Shown: positions 8,795 through 16,440 of the stretch, piece by piece
Layout: each line of letters begins with the position of its first letter
Numbering within the stretch: position 1 is the first letter of the stretch
IMG/VR virus record: IMGVR_UViG_3300045988_060114
Length of the DNA: 64,000 nucleotides
Source of the DNA: a virus
Strand: one strand, 5' to 3'
The notes under the pieces: generated by a model
The model's database searches: none
What the model was told of the DNA's origin: nothing
The model's input: the letters and a program-made list of their open reading frames with translations, nothing else
Made by a program: the position numbers and the translations under genes

Positions 8795-8911
8795 TTATTG
8801 ATACTTCCATTCATAGTGGCTACATCGGTAGCCACCATCTGGGTTACGTTTCGGATTGTCACACATGGTCAAGAAGAGACAATCGTGACAACTGCTTGCT
8901 TTATATCTCAT
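8795..8911 (-). CDS. small Cys-rich peptide (38 aa)
   Basis: Sub-threshold ORF MRYKASSCHDCLFLTMCDNPKRNPDGGYRCSHYEWKYQ, directly upstream of the annealing gene. Confidence 0.25.
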   Translation of the reverse strand: MRYKASSCHDCLFLTMCDNPKRNPDGGYRCSHYEWKYQ

Positions 8912-8935
8912 ATTGTATAGTTTAAATGTTCAAAT

Positions 8936-8968
8936 TAAAAACCCCACGATTCTCACGAATGGTGGGGG
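8936..8968 (-). terminator. rho-independent terminator (minus strand)
   Basis: CCCCAC (8942-8947) pairs with GTGGGG (8962-8967). On the minus strand the hairpin is followed by a U-run (A-run at 8936-8941 on plus). Confidence 0.55.
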
Positions 8969-9533
8969 CGAGTGTTCGTTATTTTAATATAACCTGAGCG
9001 GTCGCTACCGTCTCACAATGTAATTTGTATGGTAAATTTCAACATGTCAATATTTGCAATTTCCTTTAGAAAAGGAGGGGCTGCTAAATGTAATGAGAAA
9101 ACAGCCACCTCCGTGGAGCGACATCTATACAATCTTGCCGGATGCTGACTCGCTCCTTGGTTCTCTTCTGCATTTATGGAGGCTTAGAACTCCCAGCACT
9201 AGTAATCGCACATATTGTGATATATTTACTTTATGAATCAGAACTATTTATCAACTATTAAAAAAAGAAATTCAACTTGCTGGCTGCATTAGAACCGATT
9301 TGTAGTTGTGCGCTTCTACCTTTCTGCTACCTTATCTTTAAGGGTCACGGCATGAGGTCTGCATCTTCACAAGTGAACTCCAAGCGTTCCAAATTCCACC
9401 CAGTGGGTGTATGTATTAGCTTGCCACTTCCACGTCTAAGCATCATCTGTGGTTAATGATGCTCCTTTTGGGTACGTGTACCTCTCTAGGAAGGTTTATC
9501 CTATCCGATATAAAGCCTTGGAATCGGGCTATA

Positions 9534-9611
9534 TGGGGCGCAAGGTGGGACTCGAACCAACGACCTCGAAGGGGATGAACCTTCATACTCTACCAACTGA
9601 GTTACTTGCGC
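9534..9611 (-). tRNA. tRNA-like gene, anticodon CAU, atypical
   Basis: Hand-folded cloverleaf: acceptor GCGCAAG/CTTGCGC, D-arm ACTC-AGTTGGTA-GAGT, T-arm GTTGG-TTCGAGT-CCCAC and an encoded CCA. Oddities are a 6-bp anticodon stem (or a 9-nt loop), C at position 37 and a U-C mismatch in the T-stem. Confidence 0.6.
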
Positions 9612-9915
9612 TGGCTAATCAACAATTTATACTAACTTAAAAACATGAGTAAAAAATGACTATATTTATCACTTGTGGAGACTGGGAGTAGCAAACTCCA
9701 AAAAACCTCTGCTATTTACGAATGAAAATTCGATGGCTGAAACATTACAAGACTTAACAAATTAATAATTTAATACTAAATTCAACTTGTGAGGTTCAAT
9801 CTCCTTATATCTACTTGCCTACCTCCTTGAAGTAGGAGCGCATTTCCTTTATTAAGAGGACAAACATGGCTATAGATGCCACGAACATAATATCTGCGAA
9901 CATAAGTTTATCTGT

Positions 9916-10197
9916 TTAATGGGTTACACAATAGGCTGCTGCCTCTGATTCTATCTCTGCCATGCTCTTGCTGCGGTTCTGCATCATCCAGTCTTCCAAC
10001 TCACTCTTCTTGAAGTAGAGTAGGTTGATATTTGGCTTGTAGCAGGGGAGTATGTGCTTTCTGACGTTTTCCCTTACTCCTCGAACCGTCATGCCTAGTA
10101 TGATTGCAGCTTCCTTGATGTTGAGCACATTTTTTGCTGCTATCAGCGAATACTGCTCGATGCGGTCTAGCTGCTCCTTAATCTCTGGGTCTATCAT
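9916..10197 (-). CDS. excisionase-type helix-turn-helix protein
   Basis: LNIKEAAIILGMTVRGVRENVRK...YFKKSELEDWM is typical of HTH_17/Xis-like proteins. The ATG at 10197 abuts the upstream stop, and an alternative start lies at 10257. Confidence 0.55.
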   Translation of the reverse strand: MIDPEIKEQLDRIEQYSLIAAKNVLNIKEAAIILGMTVRGVRENVRKHILPCYKPNINLLYFKKSELEDWMMQNRSKSMAEIESEAAAYCVTH

Positions 10198-10198
10198 A

Positions 10199-11071
10199 TC
10201 AGTCGAATTTGAGGGTTTGTTGACTGGCACTAGCTGCCTTGGCTGGCTCTGTTCCACCAGTGCCCTTATCGCTGGGAGTGTTCTCCTGCTCTATTAAGGG
10301 GAGAATGCCCTTCGCTTTGAGTGATTCATATAGGAAGATTCTTCCTTTCGTTGTCCACTCGGTGTTGTACTTCACATCGTGCCGACCATCACTTCTTAGT
10401 ATATCTACCGCTCTGCTGTGAACGTAACCACCAGTGAGGAACTTTCCGTACAATATCCACTGACCTCGAACCTTATGCTGAATCTTCATCGTTTCCAGTT
10501 CCTTATTCAGCTTCATGGCACTCATTCCGTAGTCTTGTGCTATCTGGGTGACGGTCATGGTGGCATTACTCTGCAAGATTTTATCGTAGTAGCTGACCTT
10601 CGGCAGCATTTCGGTAATCTTGTTGCCCAGTTCCATGTTCTCTTTGCTGATAGTGACGATGGTTGCTTGCTGCTGCTTGTTCTCCAAAGCTAGCTGCTGT
10701 TTCTCCTCCTCAGCCTTGACCAGAGATTTGAGGGCTTCGAGATAGTTCTGAGGGACGGATGGCATTTGATGCTGCTCCTCCAGTTCCTTCCATCGTTTAA
10801 TCAACTTGGCTCTCGCTTCATCGTTGAACTTGGTGGCGATGTAGAGACACTCTTCCTTGTTGAGGGAGTAGTAAGGTCTCATCTTGTGACCTCCGTTGTT
10901 TATCTCAACCTCTTCCTGCATCAGGGAAAAATTTCCCCCTTGCACTTTTTGCCATGCTGGCTCCATCTTTCGGATGGCTTTCATCACATCATTGTGTGGC
11001 TTGCCAGTAATCTCTGCAATCTGTAGTGATGTCATTCTGTCACCATCTACAATAGTTGAAATTTCATTCAT
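10199..11071 (-). CDS. antirepressor: Rha-family N-terminal domain plus KilAC/ANT C-terminal domain
   Basis: N-terminal MTSLQIAEITGKPHNDVMKAIRK...YYSLNKEECLYIATKF matches Rha. C-terminal MTVTQIAQDYGMSAMKLNKEL...GGYVHSR matches KilAC. Confidence 0.65.
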   Translation of the reverse strand: MNEISTIVDGDRMTSLQIAEITGKPHNDVMKAIRKMEPAWQKVQGGNFSLMQEEVEINNGGHKMRPYYSLNKEECLYIATKFNDEARAKLIKRWKELEEQHQMPSVPQNYLEALKSLVKAEEEKQQLALENKQQQATIVTISKENMELGNKITEMLPKVSYYDKILQSNATMTVTQIAQDYGMSAMKLNKELETMKIQHKVRGQWILYGKFLTGGYVHSRAVDILRSDGRHDVKYNTEWTTKGRIFLYESLKAKGILPLIEQENTPSDKGTGGTEPAKAASASQQTLKFD

Positions 11072-11092
11072 AGGATTCCTCCTTCTTTATTA

Positions 11093-11290
11093 TTAGTAGA
11101 ACACTACCTTATCGTCTTCTATACCTCCGAACTCATTCAAGGCATCCTGCCTGATGCTTTCGGCTTGCCTGCTCTGACTTCTAAAACCTAGAGCGTTGTA
11201 GATTGTTTGCTTTCTGCAACCATACCGCTCAGCAAGTTTTTTTCGTCCTTCAGGCGAAACTTTGATAATTTTTATCTTTTTTACTTGCAT
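11093..11290 (-). CDS. Cro-like small DNA-binding protein
   Basis: 65 aa protein with an HTH-like segment (LAERYGCRKQTIYNAL), divergent from the repressor gene. Confidence 0.45.
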   Translation of the reverse strand: MQVKKIKIIKVSPEGRKKLAERYGCRKQTIYNALGFRSQSRQAESIRQDALNEFGGIEDDKVVFY

Positions 11291-11350
11291 ATCTTAATTT
11301 TTTGTTGTAATTTTGCTTTTAATATATAGCAACTTACTTGTTTACGGTTG

Positions 11351-11398
11351 CAAAGGTACTCTTTTCCGAGTAAACTACCAAACAATTTCTCGAAAAAG
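11351..11398 (-). promoter_or_regulatory. early leftward promoter box plus imperfect inverted repeat (putative operator)
   Basis: The reverse complement of 11351-11358 is TACCTTTG (TAnnTTTG). CTTTTCCGAG (11361-11370) and CTCGAAAAAG (11389-11398) form a 10-bp inverted repeat with one mismatch. Confidence 0.45.
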
Positions 11399-11445
11399 AT
11401 TAGTCCTTTAAGATTAATTAGTTAATGTTTATAAATGTAAATTGT

Positions 11446-11847
11446 ATGGAAACAACTATTTATCAGAGAGTTAAGCTAGTTTTAGAGGATAAATCTATTT
11501 CCGTTAACGCTCTCTCTAAACAGATTAATGTAGCGCAAGCTACCCTGAATCCTCAGTTAAGAGGTGATAGAACTTTAGCAGCCAATATCGTAGCGAAGAT
11601 ACTGGATGCCTTTCCTGATGTGTCTGCTGAGTGGTTGATGCGTGGTGTTGGTACTATGTATAGTAATCAAGATGCGGATGATTCATCTTATATGGTGGCT
11701 GAGACTCCTCATCGTGAAGAACCTAAGATAGAAGAGTCTCATCAGGATGATTCTGTCTGGAAGGCAAAGTACGAGGAGTTGGAGAAACGCTACGACCAGC
11801 TACTATCTATCTTAGGTGGTGGCATGAGAAAAGCAAATGTCGGTTAA
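11446..11847 (+). CDS. CI-like XRE-family repressor
   Basis: IYQRVKLVLEDKSISVNALSKQINVAQATLN...AEWLMRGVG is a Bacteroidota phage repressor-type HTH. It is divergent from the Cro-like gene, with an ATG at 11446. Confidence 0.6.
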   Translation: METTIYQRVKLVLEDKSISVNALSKQINVAQATLNPQLRGDRTLAANIVAKILDAFPDVSAEWLMRGVGTMYSNQDADDSSYMVAETPHREEPKIEESHQDDSVWKAKYEELEKRYDQLLSILGGGMRKANVG

Positions 11848-11852
11848 CATTA

Positions 11853-12281
11853 ATGTTTAATTATAAAAATGTGGTAGATATGAAACTGATTATAACAAAT
11901 TTATATACGTTGTTCATTTTAGCGGTGTGTGATGCGATAGTCCTCTTGTCTGTGAAGTGGGCTATTAACATTGATGTTATTTATATAGTGTTGTTGATGA
12001 TAGGAACATTACCATTTATGGTGGTATCTAACTTATTTGATAAGTCGATAACGTTCTTCCCATATTATTTCATCAGATTAAGACAGGTTGATGTTTATAG
12101 TTCCTTTTTCCTATATATGCTTGGCTTTGCTTTCGGAACGTTCTATTTATGGCATACGTTTTGGCAGCATGATGGTCATTGGATATTAGGATGTATCTTT
12201 GGTACAATACTGAACTGGATATTGGTGGCTATGAAAGGAAATGATTTGGTGTTGGTTCATAAAAGAATGGGGGTGATGTGA
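11853..12281 (+). CDS. polytopic membrane protein (about 4 TM)
   Basis: Hydrophobic segments throughout. First gene downstream of the repressor. Confidence 0.5.
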   Translation: MFNYKNVVDMKLIITNLYTLFILAVCDAIVLLSVKWAINIDVIYIVLLMIGTLPFMVVSNLFDKSITFFPYYFIRLRQVDVYSSFFLYMLGFAFGTFYLWHTFWQHDGHWILGCIFGTILNWILVAMKGNDLVLVHKRMGVM

Positions 12282-12724
12282 TGGAAGTATTTATAGGTAT
12301 AATGTTGCTTTTGGCTATTATTGCTGTAATATTTATCCAGAGAATAATAAGTGTGAATCGTGAGTTAAGCGATAAGAAAGCAAAGGAAATGATGGAAAGG
12401 CTGAGGAAAGATTGCTCTGAGCACCATTCAATATGTGTTACTATTGATGGGTGTAAAATTATGCTAAGAGAAGACTTCATAAAGAAGGAATGGAATAAGA
12501 CTGGAGAAGGAGGAATGCCTATCCGTGGTCAATATGAACCAGCAGCGCATTTTTTGAGACGTGTTGACGAATATCGCAAAATGAAGGCTGAGCAGAAAAG
12601 ACGTTATGATGAGGAGATGGCACGAAAGAAACAGAGTATCTTAGGTAGATGCGAAAAGGCTCCTTTATCAAAGTCCGAGTATGAAGCTGACGAAATATTA
12701 AAGAACTACAATGGAAAATTGTAA
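12281..12724 (+). CDS. N-terminally membrane-anchored protein sharing a motif with the giant virion protein
   Basis: Start overlaps the upstream stop (ATGTGATGG). Carries the TM segment VFIGIMLLLAIIAVIFI and contains FLRRVDEYRK (12551-12580). Confidence 0.5.
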   Translation: MEVFIGIMLLLAIIAVIFIQRIISVNRELSDKKAKEMMERLRKDCSEHHSICVTIDGCKIMLREDFIKKEWNKTGEGGMPIRGQYEPAAHFLRRVDEYRKMKAEQKRRYDEEMARKKQSILGRCEKAPLSKSEYEADEILKNYNGKL

Positions 12725-12762
12725 CTTTCAGTACTCGTGTTATTGATTTAAATGTGTGAGAT

Positions 12763-13206
12763 ATGAAAAGATTATTTTTATTATTGCTGACACTCTTTAT
12801 GATAATTGGAGTGCAGGCACAGAGACCGAGTGTTAAGGAACAAATGGAGATTAAGCAGAATTACATGAATTTCTGTAAGGACTTGAATCAACAGTTGCCA
12901 ATACAGGTGGATGATTACACAAGGTTCTATGCTGTAAGTTTCGTTAATTGGACTCTGACTGCGTATTATCAGCTTGATGTAGATTCTGATGATTTTTCAG
13001 AGAATGAACTGATAGAACTTCATGGCGAGTTGCGTTCTGCATTCAAGGAGTCTGCTAGAAGAATGTTCGCTAGTGGCAATTATGATTTGAAACGTGATGA
13101 ATGGAAATGGTTTATGAGGGGCACAGGAATGAAGTTTAGGGCAAATTATAAAGATGCTTACGACAGACCGATGCTTAATATTACTTTAGATTATTCTGAT
13201 TTCTAA
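12763..13206 (+). CDS. secreted protein with signal peptide
   Basis: N-terminal MKRLFLLLLTLFMIIGVQAQ looks like a signal peptide. Confidence 0.5.
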   Translation: MKRLFLLLLTLFMIIGVQAQRPSVKEQMEIKQNYMNFCKDLNQQLPIQVDDYTRFYAVSFVNWTLTAYYQLDVDSDDFSENELIELHGELRSAFKESARRMFASGNYDLKRDEWKWFMRGTGMKFRANYKDAYDRPMLNITLDYSDF

Positions 13207-13258
13207 TCATCTAAATTTCCTAACTAGGAAAAAATATTTTCCCAACTAGAAAAGAAAA

Positions 13259-13660
13259 ATGGCAGATGTAACTAACGAACAGAAGCTGTATGTGCTGCTG
13301 AAATATAAGAAAGAGCGAACAAAGAAGGAAGAGAAGATTCTTTCTATATTAAATGAGAAAGCAAATCTAGGCTCTTCTGATTTAGAGGAAGCGGACAAAG
13401 AATGCTGCAATCAAAAATGGCTGAGTCCAATTCACGTAGTAGAAGAATTGGGGTATACAACAAAGTACTCCCATAGAATAGAACTATCTGAGTCTGGTAA
13501 ATCTCAGATAGAAAAGTTCTGGAGAGAATCTAAGTATAACCCTGAAAATGTTTGGAAATCTAGAGTTGTCAAATGGTCTTCTGTTGTCACAGCTATAATC
13601 ACGTTAATATATTTCCTAGCGTGGTTATGCCAATTAGTACAAAAGCCAGTAGAACAATGA
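13259..13660 (+). CDS. tail-anchored membrane protein
   Basis: C-terminal TM segment VVTAIITLIYFLAWLCQLV. Confidence 0.45.
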   Translation: MADVTNEQKLYVLLKYKKERTKKEEKILSILNEKANLGSSDLEEADKECCNQKWLSPIHVVEELGYTTKYSHRIELSESGKSQIEKFWRESKYNPENVWKSRVVKWSSVVTAIITLIYFLAWLCQLVQKPVEQ

Positions 13661-13788
13661 TGATGTTCAATAATATCTTTATATATCTTATGTCTTCTTT
13701 CATAAGCCAATAATTTAAAAGTTTATGAGGCAAAATTACGCTTTTCTCCTGAGAATCAGAAACAAATTACATAGTTTAACTTTTAATC

Positions 13789-13868
13789 TTTGCAAAGTTT
13801 GCAGCAAACGTTGCAAACCTTGCAAAGACTAAGAGTTGGTACGGAGAGGGTACGGAGTTGGTACGGAG
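13789..13868. repeat. helically phased short repeats: 4x TTGCA(A/G) then 3x GGTACGGAG
   Basis: TTGCA motifs start near 13789, 13799, 13811 and 13820. GGTACGGAG starts at 13838, 13849 and 13860, an exact 11-bp period. The array ends 5 nt from the integrase stop. Confidence 0.8.
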
Positions 13869-13873
13869 CGGGT

Positions 13874-15037
13874 CTAGTCCTTGTCGAAGAACTTATCAAT
13901 GAGTCCCATTGCATCATTCTTCTTCTTATCTATAATCTTGGCATAAATCTCGGTGGTGGCGATTCTTGTATGCCCCATCAACTTACTGGTGGTGTAGATG
14001 TCTGCACCCAGTGTAAGCATCATGGTTCCAAAGGTGTGCCTTGCAGTATGGAAGGTAATGTCCTTCTTGATACCAGCGTTCGCTGCCCAAACCTTGATAT
14101 GAGTGAGAACCGTCTGTTCGCATCCCGTACCATTGAAGATGAACTCGTTTCCGCCCTGCTCAGGCAACCATTCTATAGCCTTGCCTGACAGATTGTATGA
14201 AACCATCTTGTTGGTCTTCTTCTGTATAATAGATAGATGCCATGACTTAGTTCCATCCTCATTGGTTACTTCCCTGATGTCTGACCATTTCAGTCTCCTG
14301 ATGTCGGAGATACGCAAACCACAAAAGCAGGAGAACATGAATGCCTGCTTGATAACTGGAACCTTGCATTCTGTTTCAGCCAGTTTCTTCACCTCCTCAA
14401 TATCCAAGAAAACCCTGCTGGTTTCGGGTTTCTTCGGCTTCTCTCGCTTATCCACCTCGCTGAATGGATTCTTGTATATCATCCCACCTTTCACGGCTCT
14501 GCTGAGCATTTCATTGAGGTGATTGCAATACATAATCTTGGTGTAGCTGGAAAGCGGCTCTCCATTGCTCTTCTTGGTGTTGTTCAGGAACTCAATGAAT
14601 CCCACACAATACTTCTTGTCAATACTGGATAGCTTGATATTATCTCCCTTGTAGGCGATGAGTTGCTTTCGGGCGCATTCTATCTGCGCTGCAATTCTGC
14701 TTGGAGACTGCGATGTCTTCATCTTATAAGTCTTGAAGTTGTCTATCCAGTCCATGAGCTTCATCTTGCTCTTGACGGACATGATACCTGAAATGCTGTT
14801 CTTGATGTCCAGTACTCTCTGAGCCTTGATAACATTGGCGGTAGCCATTGTTTCTGCATTCTTTCTTCTTGCCTCTGCCTTACCTCTACCCACCTCTGGT
14901 ACGATGTAGAGTTTCAGAAACTCATAGGTTCTCTTGCCATCCTTGTAGATGTCTAGATAGACACTCTTGTTTCCGTTGGCAAGTTCCTTGAATCTGATAG
15001 TGACAGGTTCTTTTTCGATTGTTTTCTTCCTTCCCAT
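13874..15037 (-). CDS. int: tyrosine site-specific integrase
   Basis: GLRISDIRRLKW...HTARHTFGTMML...LMGHTRIATTEIYAKI gives the R..H-x-x-R..H..Y catalytic set. The N-terminal SAM-like domain is typical of Bacteroides integrases. ATG at 15037. Confidence 0.85.
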   Translation of the reverse strand: MGRKKTIEKEPVTIRFKELANGNKSVYLDIYKDGKRTYEFLKLYIVPEVGRGKAEARRKNAETMATANVIKAQRVLDIKNSISGIMSVKSKMKLMDWIDNFKTYKMKTSQSPSRIAAQIECARKQLIAYKGDNIKLSSIDKKYCVGFIEFLNNTKKSNGEPLSSYTKIMYCNHLNEMLSRAVKGGMIYKNPFSEVDKREKPKKPETSRVFLDIEEVKKLAETECKVPVIKQAFMFSCFCGLRISDIRRLKWSDIREVTNEDGTKSWHLSIIQKKTNKMVSYNLSGKAIEWLPEQGGNEFIFNGTGCEQTVLTHIKVWAANAGIKKDITFHTARHTFGTMMLTLGADIYTTSKLMGHTRIATTEIYAKIIDKKKNDAMGLIDKFFDKD

Positions 15038-15144
15038 AAGCCTTTCTTTTATAAATCTGCTGCAAAGATAAGCATTTTTTTTGTTACTCGCAAGTTTTGG
15101 GTAACAAAATAGTAACAAAACTAACACGTATCTGATGTATAGGT

Positions 15145-15220
15145 AATGTATATCTAGCTTTCGGAAAATTAATTTTCCGAAAAGGCAAAGTGCTGATAAC
15201 TAAAAGTTTAGATATACATT
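15145..15220. promoter_or_regulatory. nested inverted repeats upstream of int (operator or att arm sites)
   Basis: A 24-bp perfect palindrome TTTCGGAAAATTAATTTTCCGAAA (15159-15182) is flanked by AATGTATATCTA (15145-15156) and its reverse complement (15209-15220). A third copy of the 12-mer is at 15488-15499. Confidence 0.6.
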
Positions 15221-15568
15221 TGATATACATTAGGTAACAGATGGGTTAAGGTGTGCTATTTACTATCTTTATTATTCCAATATGGTTTATTCTGTCAGTT
15301 AAATATCTGATTTGTAGGTGGTTGTGAGTTTCTTTGTTTTTAGCGAGTAACAAAATAGCAACAATGAAGTGTTAATCTTTGCAAAGTAACTAACTTGCCC
15401 ACAACAAAGATAAGAATTAAATCTTATTCACAATTAATTTTCAAAAAGACTTTAACTTAGATTAACATTGTGTTATTTCGTATATCTAATGTATATCTAT
15501 TTCCCTAAAAATCCAATTTCATTTACATTCAACACTTTTTAGCATTTGGTGGTTTCAGAAAAAGCTTC

Positions 15569-15689
15569 TATCTTTGCATCGTCAAAGTTGCGATTGACAC
15601 ATACAGATTTGTCCTCCTTTAAGGCTTTAAGCCTACGAGATATGGAATCCCTTGGTTAGCGCAACATGACCTTGGGATTCCTCTTTTTT
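15569..15689 (+). ncRNA. candidate ~105 nt small RNA (promoter box to terminator-like hairpin)
   Basis: TATCTTTG at 15569-15576. GGAATCCC (15644-15651) pairs with GGGATTCC (15674-15681) and is followed by TCTTTTTT. No ORF lies between them. Confidence 0.25.
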
Positions 15690-16037
15690 ATCCCAGAGTT
15701 TTTGACAAGACATACGAGGTTCAATCCGTGCAGTCCTCTTCGGAGTTATCGACCGATATATAAAACTGCTCAGTCTAGTAGAATATATCCATGTAGGTAA
15801 ACCCTGCTCTGTCCCATCCATTGACAACAGGTGCCCATCTGCCGAAAGGCACTACCCCTACATAGATGAATCAAACAAAGTGGGTAACTTTGTTCTATGT
15901 AGGCTTTGGTAGGGAATAATCTACTGCTTATAGTAGTTGATAATTAAATAAAGATTTTCCTTGCTGCTGCCCTCTCCCTTTGGGGATGGGTAAAGAATGG
16001 ATAGTATATATAGTTGAACAAGTAAAAATTTTGGCTT

Positions 16038-16418
16038 ATGGAACTGGATATGTTGATTAGAGATGCCCTGAGCGATGCCAAGTGGTTAATTGCGAAGGGT
16101 GGGACGGATAGGGCAGAAGTCCTGAATCGTGTGATGGGTAAGATTGATGATGTCCTGAAAGAACTGGATGGGGCAGACCTCATTGACCTCAACAAGGTAT
16201 GGCATCAAACGAAAGATGTTATGCCGACAAGTGCTTATGGCGGCAATCATGGTGGCTTGCTGTGTGTGCATCAGTTCAAGCCTAATTTCTATCCTCACAT
16301 TACTCATGAAGAGTACTGCCCTGAGTTTGAGGAGTACCTTAAAGCGAGTCCGTATGACTGGTGGTGTAGAACTGGTGATTTGTTGAAGAAGGAACATCGT
16401 GAACTTTATTGGAGATAG
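16038..16418 (+). CDS. hypothetical protein
   Basis: 126 aa ATG ORF, first gene of a short plus-strand unit. Confidence 0.5.
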   Translation: MELDMLIRDALSDAKWLIAKGGTDRAEVLNRVMGKIDDVLKELDGADLIDLNKVWHQTKDVMPTSAYGGNHGGLLCVHQFKPNFYPHITHEEYCPEFEEYLKASPYDWWCRTGDLLKKEHRELYWR

Positions 16419-16440
16419 ATATTAATTTAAATTTAAGATT

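Noticed and set aside
9054-9640. Plus-strand ORFs 9054-9236 and 9449-9640 in the ORF-free island.
   Set aside because: They are on the opposite strand to all neighbouring genes, with no start context and implausible composition. The second one runs antisense across the tRNA-like gene.
9268-9789. A 12-nt direct repeat AAATTCAACTTG at 9268-9279 and 9778-9789 brackets the tRNA-like gene. It could have been target-site duplication or att-like repeats of a small insertion.
   Set aside because: There is only one pair of short AT-rich 12-mers in an AT-rich non-coding kilobase. No mobility gene lies between them. The evidence is insufficient to separate this from chance.
13790-14188. Plus-strand ORF of 132 aa starting with TTG.
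   Set aside because: Its N-terminus (QSLQQTLQTLQRL, VGTERVRSWYG) is just the translation of the TTGCA and GGTACGGAG repeat array. The rest is antisense to the integrase gene.
15718-15727. GGTTCAATCC, which resembles a tRNA T-loop, in the int-proximal non-coding region. It could have been a tRNA or tRNA fragment marking attP.
   Set aside because: The flanking bases cannot form a T-stem (CGAGG versus CGTGC), and no acceptor, D or anticodon arms can be drawn around it.
15633-16195. Minus-strand ORFs 15633-15827 and 15944-16195 in or near the att-like region.
   Set aside because: They have no promoter or RBS context. The first spans the hairpin-rich non-coding sequence. The second overlaps and is antisense to the better-supported 16038-16418 gene.
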